Shown: positions 41,471 to 53,121 of the stretch, in pieces
Layout: the number at the start of each line of letters is the position of its first letter
How positions within the stretch are numbered: the stretch's first letter is position 1
Source: an uncultured delta proteobacterium
Lineage (GTDB): Bacteria; Desulfobacterota; Desulfomonilia; UBA1062
DNA: 64,000 nucleotides
Assembly: GCA_963752595.1 (NCBI GenBank)
Contig: CAVVYZ010000017.1
Span: forward strand, 160,001 to 224,000
Direction of reading: 5' to 3'
Made by a program: the position numbers and the translations under genes
The notes under the pieces: generated by a model
What the model was told of the DNA's origin: nothing
What the model saw: only the letters and a program-made list of their open reading frames with translations
Database searches by the model: none

Positions 41471-43195
41471 CTACCTTCGTCTGATCTTTTTTTTCAGCTT
41501 GTCTATGTGTAGGCAGTTGAGCACATCGCCCTTTCCCAGCCATCCCCGCCGGGCCTGGTTGACTCCGAGGTACATGTAGTTGAGGTCGTGGATGCTGTGG
41601 GCATCCGTAGAGATCACGACCGTAAGGCCCATATCCTTGGCTTGTTTGCAGTATATGTCATTCATGTCGAGCCTGTCGGGGTGTGAGTTGAGTTCGAGGA
41701 AGCAGCCCCTTTCACGTGAAGCTTCCATAACCTGCTCAAGATCTATTTCGTAGGGCTTCCGTTCGTTGATGAGCCGGCCTGTTGGGTGTGCGAAAATGGT
41801 GAAGTAGGGGTTGTCCATGGCTCTGATCACCCGTTCGGTCTGTTTCCATTCAGGAAGTTTCTGGTAGTAATGAACGGAACAGACCGTGAGATCGAGCCTT
41901 TTCAATACTTCGTCGGGATAGTCGAGAGACCCGTCTTCGAGAATATCGACTTCGGAAGAATTCAGGATCGTGATATCCGGATAGCGGTCGCTGAGCCTGT
42001 CAATCTCTTTCATCTGCTCCATGAGGGCATGCTTGTCAATCCCGTGGGCAATGGTCGTTTTAGGAGAATGATTGGTTATGGCGATGTATTCATACCCGTG
42101 CCCGACGGCAGCCCGAACCATTTCTTCGAGGGTGTTCCGGCCATCGGTTGCCTTTGTATGCGTATGGAGATCACCTTTGATATCATTGATCGTGATGAGT
42201 ACTGGCAGCGTCCCATTTTGTGCCGCTTCGATCTCTCCTCTGTCTTCCCGTAGCTCCGGCTCTATATAAGGCAGGCCTACCGCATTGAAGACCTCCTCCT
42301 CGGTATGCCCTGCAATCCGCTCTTCGCCGTGGAATACGCCGTATTCGTTGATCTTCAGATTTTTCTTCTGGCCCATCCTGCGTACGATGATGCCATGCTG
42401 CTTTGAACCTGTGAAATAGTGCAGGGCAGCCCCGTAACTGATCTCGGGAACCACCCTCAAGTCCACCTGGAGACCTGAGCGCAGTATGACTGTGGATCTG
42501 GTCGTGCCTTTGGATACAATGGTGATAATGTCTTCGTACCGGGTGAAGGAATCCATTACCTTTTCATGATCCGAACAGATCACGAGGATATCGAGGTCTC
42601 CGACCGTCTCCATCCTGCGGCGGTAGCTTCCTGCCACCACAACCTCTTCCACCTCGGGCAGCGTTTTGAGGATACGTACGATGGACCGTGCCGTCTCATC
42701 GGCAACGATATATTTCACCCGTTGTTTTCCCTGCTCTGACTTGTGAACGATATCTTCGAGGATCTTCTGCTCTATTTTGCTTCCGAACCCCCCGAGCTTG
42801 CTGATCTCCCCATGCAGGGCAGCCTCTTTAAGATCCTTTTCCGTGCTGATGCCGAGTTCGTTATAGATGGTGCGGATTCGCTTTGGCCCCAGGCCGTCGA
42901 TACCCATGAGCGAGCCGAGCTCTTCAGGAATCTGTTCTTCGATCTTATCGAGCTGGTGGAGCCTGCCTGTACGGGTTATTTCTCCGATCTTCGCAGCCAG
43001 ATTTTTTCCTATCCCGGGCATCTGTGTGAGATCCTCGCCTTCACGAATCATGTCTTCAACGTCCCTTGGCTGGGATTCGATGATTCTCGCAGCATTGCGG
43101 TAAGCCCGGATGCGGAACTGATTCGATCCCTGGATTTCCAGAAGGTCTGCCATCTTGTCAAGAACTTGTGAGATGTCATGATTGTGCATGGGCAT
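41471..43195 (-). CDS. polX: DNA polymerase X with PHP domain
   Basis: FRIRAY, AGSYRR, GDLDIL, YFTGSK, DLHTHT, STDAH. Confidence 0.95.
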   Translation of the reverse strand: MPMHNHDISQVLDKMADLLEIQGSNQFRIRAYRNAARIIESQPRDVEDMIREGEDLTQMPGIGKNLAAKIGEITRTGRLHQLDKIEEQIPEELGSLMGIDGLGPKRIRTIYNELGISTEKDLKEAALHGEISKLGGFGSKIEQKILEDIVHKSEQGKQRVKYIVADETARSIVRILKTLPEVEEVVVAGSYRRRMETVGDLDILVICSDHEKVMDSFTRYEDIITIVSKGTTRSTVILRSGLQVDLRVVPEISYGAALHYFTGSKQHGIIVRRMGQKKNLKINEYGVFHGEERIAGHTEEEVFNAVGLPYIEPELREDRGEIEAAQNGTLPVLITINDIKGDLHTHTKATDGRNTLEEMVRAAVGHGYEYIAITNHSPKTTIAHGIDKHALMEQMKEIDRLSDRYPDITILNSSEVDILEDGSLDYPDEVLKRLDLTVCSVHYYQKLPEWKQTERVIRAMDNPYFTIFAHPTGRLINERKPYEIDLEQVMEASRERGCFLELNSHPDRLDMNDIYCKQAKDMGLTVVISTDAHSIHDLNYMYLGVNQARRGWLGKGDVLNCLHIDKLKKKIRRR

Positions 43196-43227
43196 GAGAA
43201 CGCTTCCTTTCGTGGATATGTATGAGT

Positions 43228-44457
43228 TCAGAGATTGCCTTTCAGGCGATAGATGGTTTCGAATGAAGAAAAGAGGTCGAGGTAACTCTCCAGGCTCCGC
43301 GTCATCAGAAAATTATCCCTGACTTGCTTTCGAGCCTCTTGTCCCAGCCGCCTGCGCAGGTTTTCATCCCTGATCAGGCGGACGATCCTGTCTGCCGTTT
43401 CCTCGATCGATGATACCAGGAACCCGTTGACGCCGTCTTTGATCTGGTAACGGATCCCTCCTGCATTTCCCCCGACTACCGCTGCCCCTTTCCACATTGC
43501 CTCGGTCACGGTAAGACCAAACCCTTCACGAAGGGATTTCTGTACGATCACGGCTGATTTACGCTGCAGTGCATTTACCAGGGCGGTGTCCTGCCTGCTG
43601 ATGATAATGATGTTCTCTTCCCGCTTGCTTAAAAGCAAGTCGTACACCTGCTCGCCTTCCGGGTCATCGGTGGCGATGTTTCCCAGCAATACCAGGGTGC
43701 AGGGGACTTCTTTCCTGGCGATCTTGAATGCCCTGATCACGCCTTCGGGATCCTTCCACCTGTCGAAACGTGAAATTTGAGCAACAATAGGCAGGTTGGT
43801 GGGGATATGGTAGTAATCGAGCCGTCCCTGAATGTCTTCATCGCTCATCTCCCTGTTCTTGATGGAGAACGGATCGATCGAGGGCTTGAAAAAGAGCTGG
43901 GGAATGGAGAGATCCTGCCGATACTCCTCAAGTGTGAAGATCACTGCATCATAGCTTTCAATGAAGGGTAGGAGATAGTTCCAGAGTTTCTGATTCGGAT
44001 TGGTGAGATCTACATGGCAACGCCAGATCCAGGGGCCGTTTTTCCTGTAGTGTTTGATCATAGGAAGAGGCTGGGGATCGTGGATAATGACGAAATCATG
44101 ATCGTCCAGGTGATTGCGGATCGAATTCTCGAAGATGATATCCTCGTATATCCGGCATTTCCGCACAGAGAGATTGATATCATCTCCCTGCAGCGCATTA
44201 TGCATCTTCTTTGTAATACTGAAGAAATCAGCAGCTCCTTCAATTATACGCCATCCTGTTTTGATCCCGATGCTGTTCATGAGAAGGGTGAGAGGAGAAA
44301 GCAGCTCGGCAACACCTCCGCCGTAGTAGGTGGAATTGATGTGGGCGATATGCAGATCGCCCAGCTTTTCTGCTTTTCCCCTGATCCGGGCGACGGCTTC
44401 CTGCCCGATATAGGGCTCATAGTCCTCAACAGTTACCAGCTTCAGGTTCTTATCCAT
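43228..44457 (-). CDS. treT: TreT-like trehalose glycosyltransferring synthase (GT4)
   Basis: NSTYYGGGVAE, IHDPQP, WRCHVD, SRFDRWKD, EGFGLTVTEAMWK. Confidence 0.85.
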   Translation of the reverse strand: MDKNLKLVTVEDYEPYIGQEAVARIRGKAEKLGDLHIAHINSTYYGGGVAELLSPLTLLMNSIGIKTGWRIIEGAADFFSITKKMHNALQGDDINLSVRKCRIYEDIIFENSIRNHLDDHDFVIIHDPQPLPMIKHYRKNGPWIWRCHVDLTNPNQKLWNYLLPFIESYDAVIFTLEEYRQDLSIPQLFFKPSIDPFSIKNREMSDEDIQGRLDYYHIPTNLPIVAQISRFDRWKDPEGVIRAFKIARKEVPCTLVLLGNIATDDPEGEQVYDLLLSKREENIIIISRQDTALVNALQRKSAVIVQKSLREGFGLTVTEAMWKGAAVVGGNAGGIRYQIKDGVNGFLVSSIEETADRIVRLIRDENLRRRLGQEARKQVRDNFLMTRSLESYLDLFSSFETIYRLKGNL

Positions 44458-44479
44458 GGGTTTTTCCTTTCTTTAAAGC

Positions 44480-45508
44480 TCATCCCTCACAACGCAAGAA
44501 AGATGCATCTTCTTCGGGAAGATGGGTATTGATGCTCATGCCGGAACCCATCTCGAATCCTGCTCTGGTCGTGATGCGGGGCTTGACCTGGAGAAACCAG
44601 TGCAGATGGGGCTCTTCCGAGCGGTATTTTATGCAGGAGTGTATCATGTAATTATAATCCGGATTCTCCAACCTCTCGAAGAGACTTTTCAGGAGTATAT
44701 GGTGGATCGATGACAGATCGGATTTCTCTTCATCCGAGATATTTCCGAAATCGGCCTTGTGGGCTTTGGGCATTATCCATACCTCGAAAGGCTGCTCGGC
44801 TGCATAGGGCACGAAGGACACGAAGGAGCGGTTCTTGTGGATAACGCGGCTCCCGTCTGCAAGCTCTTGTTGAATGATGTCGCAGTATATGCAGGTCCCC
44901 CAATCGTCAAAGTAGTTCTGGGCACGGCATTCCCGGGTACGGATATATTCCGGGGCTATGCCTGTCGAGATTATCTGGGAGTGTGGATGAGGTAACGATG
45001 CTCCCGAGCGTGGACCGAAATTCCTGAAGATAACGGCAGTCATGTTTCTGTCAATCTTCATCAGGGTCACATACCTCTGGTGGTAGGATTCGATAATAGT
45101 CTCAACCTCTTGCCTCGACATGACCGGGATCTGCCTGTTATGGATCGGACTCTCGATGATGACCTCATGATGTCCATACCCTGCCATTGAGACATGGTTT
45201 CCCTCTTTTATCCTGTATTGAGCTCCACCAGGTGTGAGTGCAGGATATTTGTTTGCAATGGAGCGTGTCTGCCAGTGTGGGCCCCGACCCTTGCATTCCA
45301 TGATGATCTCGGTGAGCTTGTCTTCATTGCCGGGGCAGAACGGGCAGTTCACATCATATGCCGGGAGGTTTTCATGCTTCCGCCCGGTGCTTAAATTATC
45401 CTCCGGCCTCTTTCTTCTTGACAGGGCATAGATTACCCATTGGCCTGTAACGGGATTCCGGCGCATTTCATTCCCGGGCAGCGGAGGTAGGTTCATGTCC
45501 TTTTTCAT
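44480..45508 (-). CDS. galT: Galactose-1-phosphate uridylyltransferase family protein
   Basis: CPFCPGNE, NKYPAL, GASLPHPHSQ, AGFEMG. Confidence 0.85.
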   Translation of the reverse strand: MKKDMNLPPLPGNEMRRNPVTGQWVIYALSRRKRPEDNLSTGRKHENLPAYDVNCPFCPGNEDKLTEIIMECKGRGPHWQTRSIANKYPALTPGGAQYRIKEGNHVSMAGYGHHEVIIESPIHNRQIPVMSRQEVETIIESYHQRYVTLMKIDRNMTAVIFRNFGPRSGASLPHPHSQIISTGIAPEYIRTRECRAQNYFDDWGTCIYCDIIQQELADGSRVIHKNRSFVSFVPYAAEQPFEVWIMPKAHKADFGNISDEEKSDLSSIHHILLKSLFERLENPDYNYMIHSCIKYRSEEPHLHWFLQVKPRITTRAGFEMGSGMSINTHLPEEDASFLRCEG

Positions 45509-45518
45509 TTGGGCTTTT

Positions 45519-46316
45519 TCATGACTCTGGCTGGCAGCGGGGGCAGAAGAATGCACTCCTGCCCGAAATCCTCCGGTGCTTAAGAGCCCTTGTGCACCTT
45601 GGGCAGACAGAACCGGACTTCCTCGTGCGTATTATGTAATCTCCCGGCATGAGATTTGGATCTGCCCCGCACTGGATGGCAGTAGAGAGCACGTCTTTGA
45701 GAGCGGTAAAGATGTCCCGGAATTTTTCCTCCGGCAGAGAGCTCAGAGTCGAAGCAGGGTTTACTCCCGACTGGAACAGGATCTCGTCCGTATACACATT
45801 CCCGAGTCCTGCGATTACGTGCTGGTCCATGAGTATCGATTTGATCATGCCCCGTTTGCACTTGAGTATCCTTTGAAAAAGGGCGAAGTCCATCCTGCTG
45901 TCAAGGGCATCGATCCCCAGGCCGTGTGTATGGATAAACTCGATAGGGGAAGAAATAAGATAGACACCTCCGAGATTCCTTCGGTTGATATACGCCAGGT
46001 GATGCCCGTTGGAGAATGAAAAGAGGATGTTCACATGCTGCGGTTTCGTATCAGGAGGCTCCTGGAAGTACTGGAGGCCTCCGGTCATCCCGAAGTGCAT
46101 CACGATCCACTGTTGTCCGTCCAGGTTCACAAAGAGATATTTTCCGTATCGTGCGGTATCCGTCATGTTCCTCCCCTTGAGGTATTGCTCGAATTCCTGG
46201 ACCGGCAATTCTTTCACCAGGGAGGGGTTGAATACCCGAAGGAAAGCAATATTCCTATGGAGAGATGTATCATGCAGATACTGCCGTAAACATTCAATAT
46301 CGGGGAGCTCAGGCAT
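45519..46316 (-). CDS. Fpg/Nei DNA glycosylase
   Basis: N-terminal MPELP, HFGMTG, GLGNVYTDE, C-terminal CPRC...CPRCQ zinc finger. Confidence 0.92.
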   Translation of the reverse strand: MPELPDIECLRQYLHDTSLHRNIAFLRVFNPSLVKELPVQEFEQYLKGRNMTDTARYGKYLFVNLDGQQWIVMHFGMTGGLQYFQEPPDTKPQHVNILFSFSNGHHLAYINRRNLGGVYLISSPIEFIHTHGLGIDALDSRMDFALFQRILKCKRGMIKSILMDQHVIAGLGNVYTDEILFQSGVNPASTLSSLPEEKFRDIFTALKDVLSTAIQCGADPNLMPGDYIIRTRKSGSVCPRCTRALKHRRISGRSAFFCPRCQPES

Positions 46317-46404
46317 CTTGAATCCTCCTTGATCCTTGATTGCCTGCCGCCCCTTGGCGAATGAAGGGCGGCTTGCGGCAGGTCTTGGAAAAAAAGAGAC
46401 TGTC

Positions 46405-46821
46405 TCAGCGTAATATTTCGATAAGTCTTGCCGAAAACTCCAGATGATTGCCGGCTAGAGGATGGTTGGCATTGATGGTGATGGAAGATCCAGAGACCTT
46501 CTGGATGACGCCTTTCAACACCTCTCCATCAGGCCGAACAATTTCCAGCCACGCCCCCACATCCGCTTTTTCTCCTTCGGGAAGCTCGGTTCTTTCGATT
46601 TCCCTGATCAGTTCTTCCCGATAAACTCCGAATACCATCTGCGGCGGCACCCGGTTTCTGGCTTGCTCTCCCGGGGACAGGCCGATGACTGCATTTTCGA
46701 CTGCGGGAAATACGTCCCCGTTTCCTATGGTGAACGTAAGGGGTGCACTCAGGATCGTTCCGTTTTCCATCAATCCTGAGAAATCGATAATTACCGTATC
46801 TCCTTTTCGCGCTTTTTTCAT
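46405..46821 (-). CDS. FKBP-type peptidyl-prolyl isomerase (SlpA/SlyD-like)
   Basis: GDTVII, NANHPLAG. Confidence 0.88.
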   Translation of the reverse strand: MKKARKGDTVIIDFSGLMENGTILSAPLTFTIGNGDVFPAVENAVIGLSPGEQARNRVPPQMVFGVYREELIREIERTELPEGEKADVGAWLEIVRPDGEVLKGVIQKVSGSSITINANHPLAGNHLEFSARLIEILR

Positions 46822-46845
46822 GGTTACTCCTTTCCCGAAATATGG

Positions 46846-47847
46846 TCACTGCACGAGATTCTCAGGTGTTCCGCGGATAAAAGCATGGATATTCTCCACC
46901 GTCGTATTCAGGATGTCGAGCAGTGCTTCCTGGGTATAGAATGCGCTGTGGGGCGTGATGTAGACATTACGCATGCGAAGCAGGACATGATCCGCCAGCA
47001 GGGTCTGCAGGTCATGGTCCCTTTGGAATATTGTCCTGACGAGCTCGGCCTCCTCGCGTATCACCGGCTCATCTGAAAGGACATCCAGCCCTGCTGCGGA
47101 TAGCTTGCCGGTCGACAGGGCTTCCACGAGTGCCTGCACATTTACGGTAGGTCCCCGAGAGGTATTGATGAGGACCGCTCCGTTCTTCATCAGGCGGAAT
47201 TGTTCGTGCGAAACGAGATTTTTGGTTTTTTCATTGGAGGGGACGTGCAGGGTAATGATGTCCGATTCTTTCAAGAGGTTGTCAAGAGCGAGGTAAGTAA
47301 AGCCCAGGGCACGTGCCAGGTCCTCAACCGGCCTGGCGTCGAAGGCTATTACCTCCATGTCGAATCCTTTTGCAATGCGGATCACGCACTGGCCGATATG
47401 GCCGGCGCCGATCACGCCCAGGGTTTTGCCGTGGAGGTCGAATCCTTTGAGCCCCCTGAGAGAAAAATCACCCTTGCGGGTCCGGTCTATGGCCTCGGTA
47501 AGGTGATGGGATATCGTGAGGATAAGGCCGAAAACATGCTCTGCAACGGTGCATGACCCATAGGCAGGCACATTGGAAACCAGTATTCCGTGTGCTTTGC
47601 AGTAGGACATGGCGATGTGATCGAACCCGGTGGAGCGGGTGGCTATGAGCTTCAGCGATGGAAGCTGCTTCAGCACATCTTCGCCCAGCTCCGAATATAT
47701 GAAAGTAGAAACAATCTCCGCATCGGCATACTGCCTTGCATTGGATTCGTTCAGGGCCTCTTCCCGGAAGAGGACATCGTTGGTATCCTTGAGCCTTTTG
47801 TAAAGATCCTGCTCCCAGTTTTCCGCTTCGAATATGGCTAGCTTCAT
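46846..47847 (-). CDS. D-2-hydroxyacid dehydrogenase (LdhA-like)
   Basis: RSTGFDHI, VAEH, GAGHIG, NTSRG, LDV, TPHSAF. Confidence 0.9.
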   Translation of the reverse strand: MKLAIFEAENWEQDLYKRLKDTNDVLFREEALNESNARQYADAEIVSTFIYSELGEDVLKQLPSLKLIATRSTGFDHIAMSYCKAHGILVSNVPAYGSCTVAEHVFGLILTISHHLTEAIDRTRKGDFSLRGLKGFDLHGKTLGVIGAGHIGQCVIRIAKGFDMEVIAFDARPVEDLARALGFTYLALDNLLKESDIITLHVPSNEKTKNLVSHEQFRLMKNGAVLINTSRGPTVNVQALVEALSTGKLSAAGLDVLSDEPVIREEAELVRTIFQRDHDLQTLLADHVLLRMRNVYITPHSAFYTQEALLDILNTTVENIHAFIRGTPENLVQ

Positions 47848-47902
47848 GATTCCCCCTTATGGAAGAGTTGAGGTTCAAAGAGGGTATTTCTCCCCCAGTC
47901 CT

Positions 47903-48832
47903 TTATGTGTGCATTCTCTCATAGAGCCTTTCGGTATCATCTTTCCGGCACAGTTCGGTGCCCGGAGCCATGACTGCTGCAGCACCGGCTGCTACACCGA
48001 ACCTCACTGCATCGACGACCGTGAAACCTCTCATCAGGCTGATTACCATCCCTGCCACCATACTGTCTCCTGCGCCGACCTTGCTCACGATCCGTACCGT
48101 AGGGGCATGGATGCGCATGCACGTTTCCCCGGTTACGAGCAGCGCCCCGGCCGCCCCGAGCGATACGACAATGATCTCGGCCTTGCCCTTTTCTATAAGC
48201 ACCCTTGCACAGTCCTCAATGTTTTGCTCTTCCATGATATCCTGTCCCATGAGCACACGAAGCTCGTTTATATTGGGCTTGATAAGATACACCTTTAAAT
48301 CCAGGGCACATTTCAGTGCCTTTCCGGAGGTGTCGATGATGCACTTCGCCCCCACATCCGCTGCCTTTTTTGCAAGGCGGGCATAAAAATCATCCGGTAC
48401 ACCCGGCGGCAAACTGCCGCTTCCGATGACGTATTCCGGCGCGAAATCCACCGAATCCAGCTCATAAATCAGGGACTGCCACTCTTTTTCACGTATGGAT
48501 GGGCCCGGCATTCCAAAACGGAACTGACGGCCGCTTGCCTCCTCCAGGATGATGAAATTTTCGCGGGTTTCATCTGATATCGCTGTGGCCCGGTAGCTCA
48601 CGCCGTCCTGCTCAAGCAGGCCTGTGAGCATATCTCCGAAATGCCTCCCGCTAGGAAAGAGGGCAAGTGATTCGCCCCCCAGCCGTCTGATTGCACGGGA
48701 TACGTTTATGCCCCCGCCTCCGGGTTCGTGGCTTGGGGCAGAGCACCGGAGTTTGTGTTCCGCCATGACATGAGATATCCTGCTGTTTGTATCGATACTG
48801 GGGTTTATCGTAACGGTAACAATTCCCCCCAT
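47903..48832 (-). CDS. pfkB: PfkB-family phosphofructokinase
   Basis: TINPSID, GGGGINV, IKPN, VGAGDS. Confidence 0.88.
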   Translation of the reverse strand: MGGIVTVTINPSIDTNSRISHVMAEHKLRCSAPSHEPGGGGINVSRAIRRLGGESLALFPSGRHFGDMLTGLLEQDGVSYRATAISDETRENFIILEEASGRQFRFGMPGPSIREKEWQSLIYELDSVDFAPEYVIGSGSLPPGVPDDFYARLAKKAADVGAKCIIDTSGKALKCALDLKVYLIKPNINELRVLMGQDIMEEQNIEDCARVLIEKGKAEIIVVSLGAAGALLVTGETCMRIHAPTVRIVSKVGAGDSMVAGMVISLMRGFTVVDAVRFGVAAGAAAVMAPGTELCRKDDTERLYERMHT

Positions 48833-48854
48833 GACTTCCTCCCTGATCGTTTCG

Positions 48855-49748
48855 TTAAGTTTCCTGCTCCCCTTCCTCGAGGGCATTGAATCCCGAGATG
48901 ATATCAAGCAGTTCCTCGGTAATCGATACCTGCCTCTCCTGATTGTATTGATTTTTCAACTCGGTGAGCCTTTCCTTGATATTCCTTTCCGCTCCCTGCA
49001 TGGATGAGAGCCTTGCTGCGTTCTCGCTTGCCAGGGATTCGGCAAACGCCCTGAAAAGGGATGCGTTGAGATAGTGCCTGACCAGAGCGGAGAAGAGCGT
49101 GTCCGCATCCATGCGGAATACCGGCAGCTCCCTGGTGGGCCAGGGCTCTTCGGTAATGCCTTCCAGCCATTGTCTGTCAAGGGGCAGCAGCCGCATCAGG
49201 CGGGGTTCATACGAGGCCCCGGAGATATGGTGATTGTATTCGAGTAAGACCTGCTGAATCCCGTATTGGCCGTTCCAGTGGTCGATATCACTGATGATCT
49301 CCTGCACGGTCGGGGTAATTCCCTCCGGTGATACCGGCACCGGTAGAAGTTCCTGAATCGGGAGGCCTTCACTCAGAAGTCGGTCATGGATCCTTTGGCC
49401 TACGGACAGGATCAGACAACTCTGCCGGTTTATGCCAGGCCTTTTCATCGTGTCCAGGGTATGGTCTGCGATCCTGTCGTTGAATTGCCCGCACAAGCCC
49501 TGGTCCGACCCGAAAACAAGGAGGACCATGCGGCCGCGGCCCTGCCGCTGATCTTTACCGGGAGGGAGGTACCTGAGCAGGCCGCGGAAAGCAAGCATGA
49601 CCGCCTTGTTGTATTCGTTCAGCGATTCCTGTGCCCTTTCGTATTCGCGGATGTTTACCGCAGCCATAGCTTTCATGGTCTTGACCATGGAGAGGAGGTC
49701 CTGGGCAGTATCATGCTTTTTTTTCAATACCTGGAGATCCGGCATCAT
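48855..49748 (-). CDS. atpG: N-ATPase gamma subunit
   Basis: [29 protein letters not shown]. Confidence 0.93.
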   Translation of the reverse strand: MMPDLQVLKKKHDTAQDLLSMVKTMKAMAAVNIREYERAQESLNEYNKAVMLAFRGLLRYLPPGKDQRQGRGRMVLLVFGSDQGLCGQFNDRIADHTLDTMKRPGINRQSCLILSVGQRIHDRLLSEGLPIQELLPVPVSPEGITPTVQEIISDIDHWNGQYGIQQVLLEYNHHISGASYEPRLMRLLPLDRQWLEGITEEPWPTRELPVFRMDADTLFSALVRHYLNASLFRAFAESLASENAARLSSMQGAERNIKERLTELKNQYNQERQVSITEELLDIISGFNALEEGEQET

Positions 49749-51300
49749 CTTTCCTTTTTGCATATGGGTCTGCAGCATCTCTCGCAATCTTCACGAGAGA
49801 CTCCCAATCCTGGTCCGAGAGCTCCTTGTCAGAATCGATCTTGTCACAGATCTCGGGAAGGCGTTCTTTGACCGATGATCTGATGGCTTTTTCCACCTCG
49901 GGGATATCTTCCAGAGGTATTTCGTCGAATACTCCTTTGGTCACGGCAACGAGTACGGTGATCTGCTCACAGGAGTTCATGGTATCGTACTGAGACTGTT
50001 TCAGCGCCTCTCTGACACGGTGGCCTCTCTCAAGGACTTTGCGGGTCTGCTCATCGAGCCTGGTGCCGATCCGGGAAAAGGACTCCAGCTCTTCGAACTG
50101 CGTGTAGGAGAGCCTTAAATCCCCTGCTACCACACGGTAAGCCCTTCGCTGCGCTTTGCCGCCGACCCGGGACACAGATCTGCCTACATCCACCGAAGGG
50201 AGCTGGCCTTTATGGAAGAGCTCGGGTGAGAGGTAGACCTGACCGTCGGTAATAGAAATCAGATTGGTGGGAATGTATGCGGAAATATTCTGGGCCTGGG
50301 TCTCCACGATAGGAAGCGACGTGAGAGACCCTCCGCCGAGTTCTTTGCGCAGGTGGCCGGAGCGTTCGAGCAGGCGCGAGTGGATGTAGAAGATGTCGCC
50401 GGGAAATGCCTCCCTTCCCGGAGGCCGCCTCAGGAGGAGTGAGATCTCGCGGTAGATCCTTGCGTGCCGGGTGAGATCGTCGTAAACGATCAGCACATCC
50501 CGGCCTCGGTCGAGGAAATATTCTCCTACCGTGGTGGCGCTGTACGGAGCCGTGTATTGCAAGCCCGGCGGGTCTTCGCCAACAGCCATCATTACAATCG
50601 TATACTCCATTGCATCCCGTTTCGTGAGCTCGGAGACGACCTTGGCGATAAAACCGCTCTCTTTTCCGATGGCGCAGTAGATACAGATGACATCCCGGCC
50701 CTTTTGATTGATGATGGTGTCTATGGCGATGGCGGTCTTGCCCGTCTGCCGGTCGCCTACAATGAGCTCACGCTGCCCTTTGCCGATAGGGATGAGCGTA
50801 TCGATGACCTTGATACCTGTCTGCATGGGTTCGGTAACCGGGAGACGGTCCATGATGTCGGGGGCCTGCCGCTCGATATAACGGTACTCTGCGGCTGCCA
50901 CGGGGCCTTTGTTGTCACGCGGCCTGCAGACGGCATCCACGACCCTGCCGATCAACGCCTCACCCACCGGCACCTCAAGCACACGGCCGGTTCGGCGAAC
51001 CTCCATGCCCGAGGAAAGCTCACTTCCTTCATCCAGCAGGACTACCCCCACACTGTCGATATGAATGTCGAAAGCTATTCCCAGCCGGTTGCCCGGAAAT
51101 CGCACGAGTTCATCGGCGCGGATTCCGGGGAGCCCGTTTACCCTGGCAATGCCCTGCTCGACCTGTGTTATTATACCGGTCTCCAGGATGGTGAGTTCGG
51201 GACGATAGCTATCCAGTATTCCGCGAGAAAGAGGAGAGGTCATTTCCAAAGCTGTCCATATATCGGCTTCCGGATGAATGGCGCCTTCAACTTCAGTCAT
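49711..51300 (-). CDS. atpA: N-ATPase alpha subunit
   Basis: [20 protein letters not shown]. Confidence 0.95.
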   Translation of the reverse strand: MTEVEGAIHPEADIWTALEMTSPLSRGILDSYRPELTILETGIITQVEQGIARVNGLPGIRADELVRFPGNRLGIAFDIHIDSVGVVLLDEGSELSSGMEVRRTGRVLEVPVGEALIGRVVDAVCRPRDNKGPVAAAEYRYIERQAPDIMDRLPVTEPMQTGIKVIDTLIPIGKGQRELIVGDRQTGKTAIAIDTIINQKGRDVICIYCAIGKESGFIAKVVSELTKRDAMEYTIVMMAVGEDPPGLQYTAPYSATTVGEYFLDRGRDVLIVYDDLTRHARIYREISLLLRRPPGREAFPGDIFYIHSRLLERSGHLRKELGGGSLTSLPIVETQAQNISAYIPTNLISITDGQVYLSPELFHKGQLPSVDVGRSVSRVGGKAQRRAYRVVAGDLRLSYTQFEELESFSRIGTRLDEQTRKVLERGHRVREALKQSQYDTMNSCEQITVLVAVTKGVFDEIPLEDIPEVEKAIRSSVKERLPEICDKIDSDKELSDQDWESLVKIARDAADPYAKRKDDAGSPGIEKKA

Positions 51301-52081
51301 GTGCATTCTCCCGGCGCTGGCCGAAGGTATCGATAATGGATCGTGATACCTTCTCCTCGATATCTTCCAGGAACTGATCCGCGTTCCAGCTCACTTTGTA
51401 GCCATCGGCGTTCACTTCTATCCCCAGGATGAGATCGGATGACTGCTGATACCTGACGGAAATATTTTCTGAAAACTCTTTCTTTAACGCTTCTGTCAGC
51501 ATATGACGCAGATTGTCGGCAAGATCGAACGAGCTGGTGACCGTGAGGGCGGTCTCTCTTTTCCGTATAGCATCAGCCAGCTTTTCTTTTCGATCAGGCT
51601 CAACCCCTTTCAATCGCCGGATGAAAACGTCCACAAGTCCCTCTTCCATATCCTTTCCTGCAAGATCACCGATGATGCGATGAGCAATGCGAGTAGAGTC
51701 CTGAATGCTCATGAGCATCAGGCGCTCTGCGATCTCCTTCTTTTTCTGATCAAGGATTTCACGGAGCCGGTAATGTTCTCTCCGGGCATCTTCACGTGCC
51801 TGCACAAGATATTCTTCACGCTTCCGGCTCCCCTCCAGTGCTGCTTCTCTGAGTATCTGCTGCTTCTGCTCGCTCAGCTTGAGATTTTCTTCCCGGTATG
51901 CATCCAGTTCCTGCGCTGCCCGGTCCTGCTTTTCCTTTGCATCGTCGATCTGTGAAGCGATCTGCGCTTTGCGCTCGCGCATGGCGGTCCTGATCCGGCC
52001 GAAGAGGAAAAACTTCAGGAGAGCGACCAGAATCAGAAAATTGACGATTTGAGCGATTATCGTAAACCAGTCGATAATCAA
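51293..52081 (-). CDS. atpF: N-ATPase extended b subunit
   Basis: [14 protein letters not shown], coiled coil, delta-like C-terminus (LILGIE...SWN). Confidence 0.9.
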   Translation of the reverse strand: MIIDWFTIIAQIVNFLILVALLKFFLFGRIRTAMRERKAQIASQIDDAKEKQDRAAQELDAYREENLKLSEQKQQILREAALEGSRKREEYLVQAREDARREHYRLREILDQKKKEIAERLMLMSIQDSTRIAHRIIGDLAGKDMEEGLVDVFIRRLKGVEPDRKEKLADAIRKRETALTVTSSFDLADNLRHMLTEALKKEFSENISVRYQQSSDLILGIEVNADGYKVSWNADQFLEDIEEKVSRSIIDTFGQRRENAHD

Positions 52082-52092
52082 GGCACTTCTCC

Positions 52093-52362
52093 TTAACGGG
52101 ATAGAAAGTGGTTCCAGAACGGGTTGGCAAAGATGAGGATCATGGATACGACGAGGCAGTAAATGGACGTGGACTCTATCATGGCAAGGCCCACGAACAA
52201 TACCCTGCTCAGGGTTCCTGACTCGTCAGGCTGCTGTGCAATGGCAGTCATGGCCTGTGCAACCGCCCTGCCTTCTCCGAGGGCGGTGCCGATCGCCCCC
52301 ATGCCTATGGTAATACCTGATGTAAAAATCGATACGATTCCGATAACGGTAATTGCATCCAT
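52093..52362 (-). CDS. atpE: N-ATPase c subunit with Na+-binding signature
   Basis: LGEG in helix 1 and IESTSIY in helix 2. Confidence 0.93.
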   Translation of the reverse strand: MDAITVIGIVSIFTSGITIGMGAIGTALGEGRAVAQAMTAIAQQPDESGTLSRVLFVGLAMIESTSIYCLVVSMILIFANPFWNHFLSR

Positions 52363-52410
52363 AAACATAGTCTCCTTTTTCCAAGGGATGATAAGGCAGC
52401 TTTTGATTTC

Positions 52411-53121
52411 TCATCTTTGTTGCCTCTGCTCCGTTTCATATTCTGCGTGACTGGCCGAGGTAATGTAGACCATGGACAGCACGGCGAAAATATATGCCTG
52501 GATGAATCCGGTAAGCAGCCCGAGCACGTGCAGGAACACCGGCATGACGAGTGGGATTACGGTCAGCAGGATTGCGGCAATCTTTGTCTCTGACATGATG
52601 TTGCCGAAAAGTCTTACGGCAAGGGCCAGGATTCGCGTAATTTCACTGATGATATTGAAAGGCAGCATGAAGACCGAGGGCGTGGAGAAGGTTTTCAGGT
52701 AGGCAAGGAGGCCGCCGCTTCCGATCCCGTACAACGGAACAGCGACAAAGACGCAGGCGGCCAATGCCGTAGTGGTTGCAAGGGATCCCGTCGGGGGAAC
52801 GTATCCCGGAACGGTCATAAGCAGGTTCGACAGCGCGATGAAGAGAAAGAGCGCCCCGATGAATGAAAGGTATTTCTCGGCCTTTTCATGTGATATTTCC
52901 TCGATCTGGGACGAAAGGATATCCACTATGGATTCTACAAAATTCTGCCAGGAGCCGATCTCTTTTCCCACCGAAAGGCGTCGGGTGGCGAGCAGCGAAA
53001 TGATCACCAGTATCCCCATGGTGATCCAGGTGTAGAGGATCGTAGCATTGAACTTCAGCCATCCCATCTGCCAGAAGATGACGGCATCCGGTGTTATCTC
53101 GCTGATAGTCATGATATCCAT
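52411..53121 (-). CDS. atpB: N-ATPase a subunit
   Basis: LAVRLFGNI, IQAYIF. Confidence 0.93.
   Translation of the reverse strand: MDIMTISEITPDAVIFWQMGWLKFNATILYTWITMGILVIISLLATRRLSVGKEIGSWQNFVESIVDILSSQIEEISHEKAEKYLSFIGALFLFIALSNLLMTVPGYVPPTGSLATTTALAACVFVAVPLYGIGSGGLLAYLKTFSTPSVFMLPFNIISEITRILALAVRLFGNIMSETKIAAILLTVIPLVMPVFLHVLGLLTGFIQAYIFAVLSMVYITSASHAEYETEQRQQR

Noticed and set aside
46346-46372. GC hairpin between the FKBP and fpg-like genes as a terminator
   Set aside because: No U-tract in the direction of transcription; at most a stabilising or pausing hairpin
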